Assembly: GCA_964016885.1 (NCBI GenBank)
Contig: OZ024755.1
Span: 31,558,001 to 31,622,000 of the forward strand
Length of the DNA stretch: 64,000 bases
Direction of reading: 5' to 3'
From: Eledone cirrhosa
Lineage: Eukaryota
Both the position numbers and the translations under genes were made by a program. The notes beneath the pieces were generated by a model, which was given only the letters and a program-made list of their open reading frames with translations, had not been told where the DNA came from and ran no database searches. How positions within the stretch are numbered: the first letter of the stretch is position 1; every line of letters starts with the position of its first letter. Positions 63,180 through 64,000 of the stretch are shown here, piece after piece.

Positions 63180-63418
63180 TCTGCATTGGTATGGACATAT
63201 GATGCACATGGAGGATGACCGCTGGGTAAAGGAAGACACAGTAGAGTAAAACCATGAAAATCATGAGCGGTGGTGGTGAGAGCTCACCTCAGATCGCTGA
63301 AGCTCACAGAGGAGATGACGAAGGACCGTGACGAATGGAGAGATACTGTACTGAATAGGACCTGTCCCAACCTTGCAAGCAGGGAAAAGCGGACATAAAA
63401 TGATGATGATGATGATGA
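63180..63418 (+). mobile_element. RTE LINE 3' fragment
   Basis: Colinear with 60422-60685. Confidence 0.85.
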
Positions 63419-63617
63419 ATCTAACACACATCTCTCCACACATTGCCACTCTGCACAAGTATAGTTATATGACACATATGTTGGCAACTGAGACCTACAC
63501 TAAGGTACTACAAAATAGAACTCTTCAACTAACAACCCTTCATAGCTTTCCTTCTAGACAATGGAAGTTTTGTTTTTATCTTTAACTATAGGTACCTTAT
63601 TAACTATAGGTATCTTA

Positions 63618-63832
63618 ACTGTAAAGTGGTCGTGTTGGTGGACATAACAAAAAAGCACCCAGCACTCACTGTAAATGAGGTTGGTATTAGGAAGGGCATC
63701 CAGCTGTAGAAATCAAGCCAGAATCAGTTCCTGTATGAGCAAGACAAGGTCAGCCGACTGGACACTGCTCACAACAGGACAACCCGTCTCACCCATGCTA
63801 GTGTGGAAAAATTGACGTAAAACGGAAATGTT
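63618..63832 (+). mobile_element. SINE 3' part (46293 subfamily)
   Basis: Reverse complement of 46305-46500. Confidence 0.8.
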
Positions 63833-64000
63833 AATATACACATACACACACACATATATATAAACATACACACATATATATACATACACACATATATATA
63901 CATACATACATACACATATATATATATACACATACATACACACACACACACACATACATACACACACACATATATATATACACACATTTATATAAAGTAG

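Overview
AT-rich, repeat-dense animal DNA; the SINE, LINE and minisatellite repertoire suggests an octopus or other coleoid cephalopod (inference). The only host gene I can support is a minus-strand ZMYND8/PRKCBP1 (RACK7) orthologue. I reconstructed 15 GT-AG coding exons between 38319 and 129 with mutually consistent phases (2781 nt, 927 codons): an MITRSK N-terminus, PHD, bromodomain, PWWP and a long S/T-rich region. The MYND finger lies beyond the left edge. Introns and upstream DNA hold tRNA-derived SINEs, decayed RTE, L1/Tx1 and CR1 LINEs, Helitron-like and mariner/piggyBac-like non-autonomous elements, and many minisatellites, which account for most long ORFs in the supplied track. The most notable non-obvious signals are: (1) several Penelope-type minimal hammerhead ribozyme motifs with covarying stems and palindromic stem III loops, one sense to the ZMYND8 pre-mRNA; (2) recurrent fold-back inverted duplications beside (TA)n tracts; (3) a candidate in-frame 9/12-nt microexon in the bromodomain; (4) a PHD-like finger inside the RTE reverse-transcriptase ORF; (5) three unrelated TE-derived minisatellites that all have a 48-bp period. 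All calls are by eye and TE boundaries are approximate.
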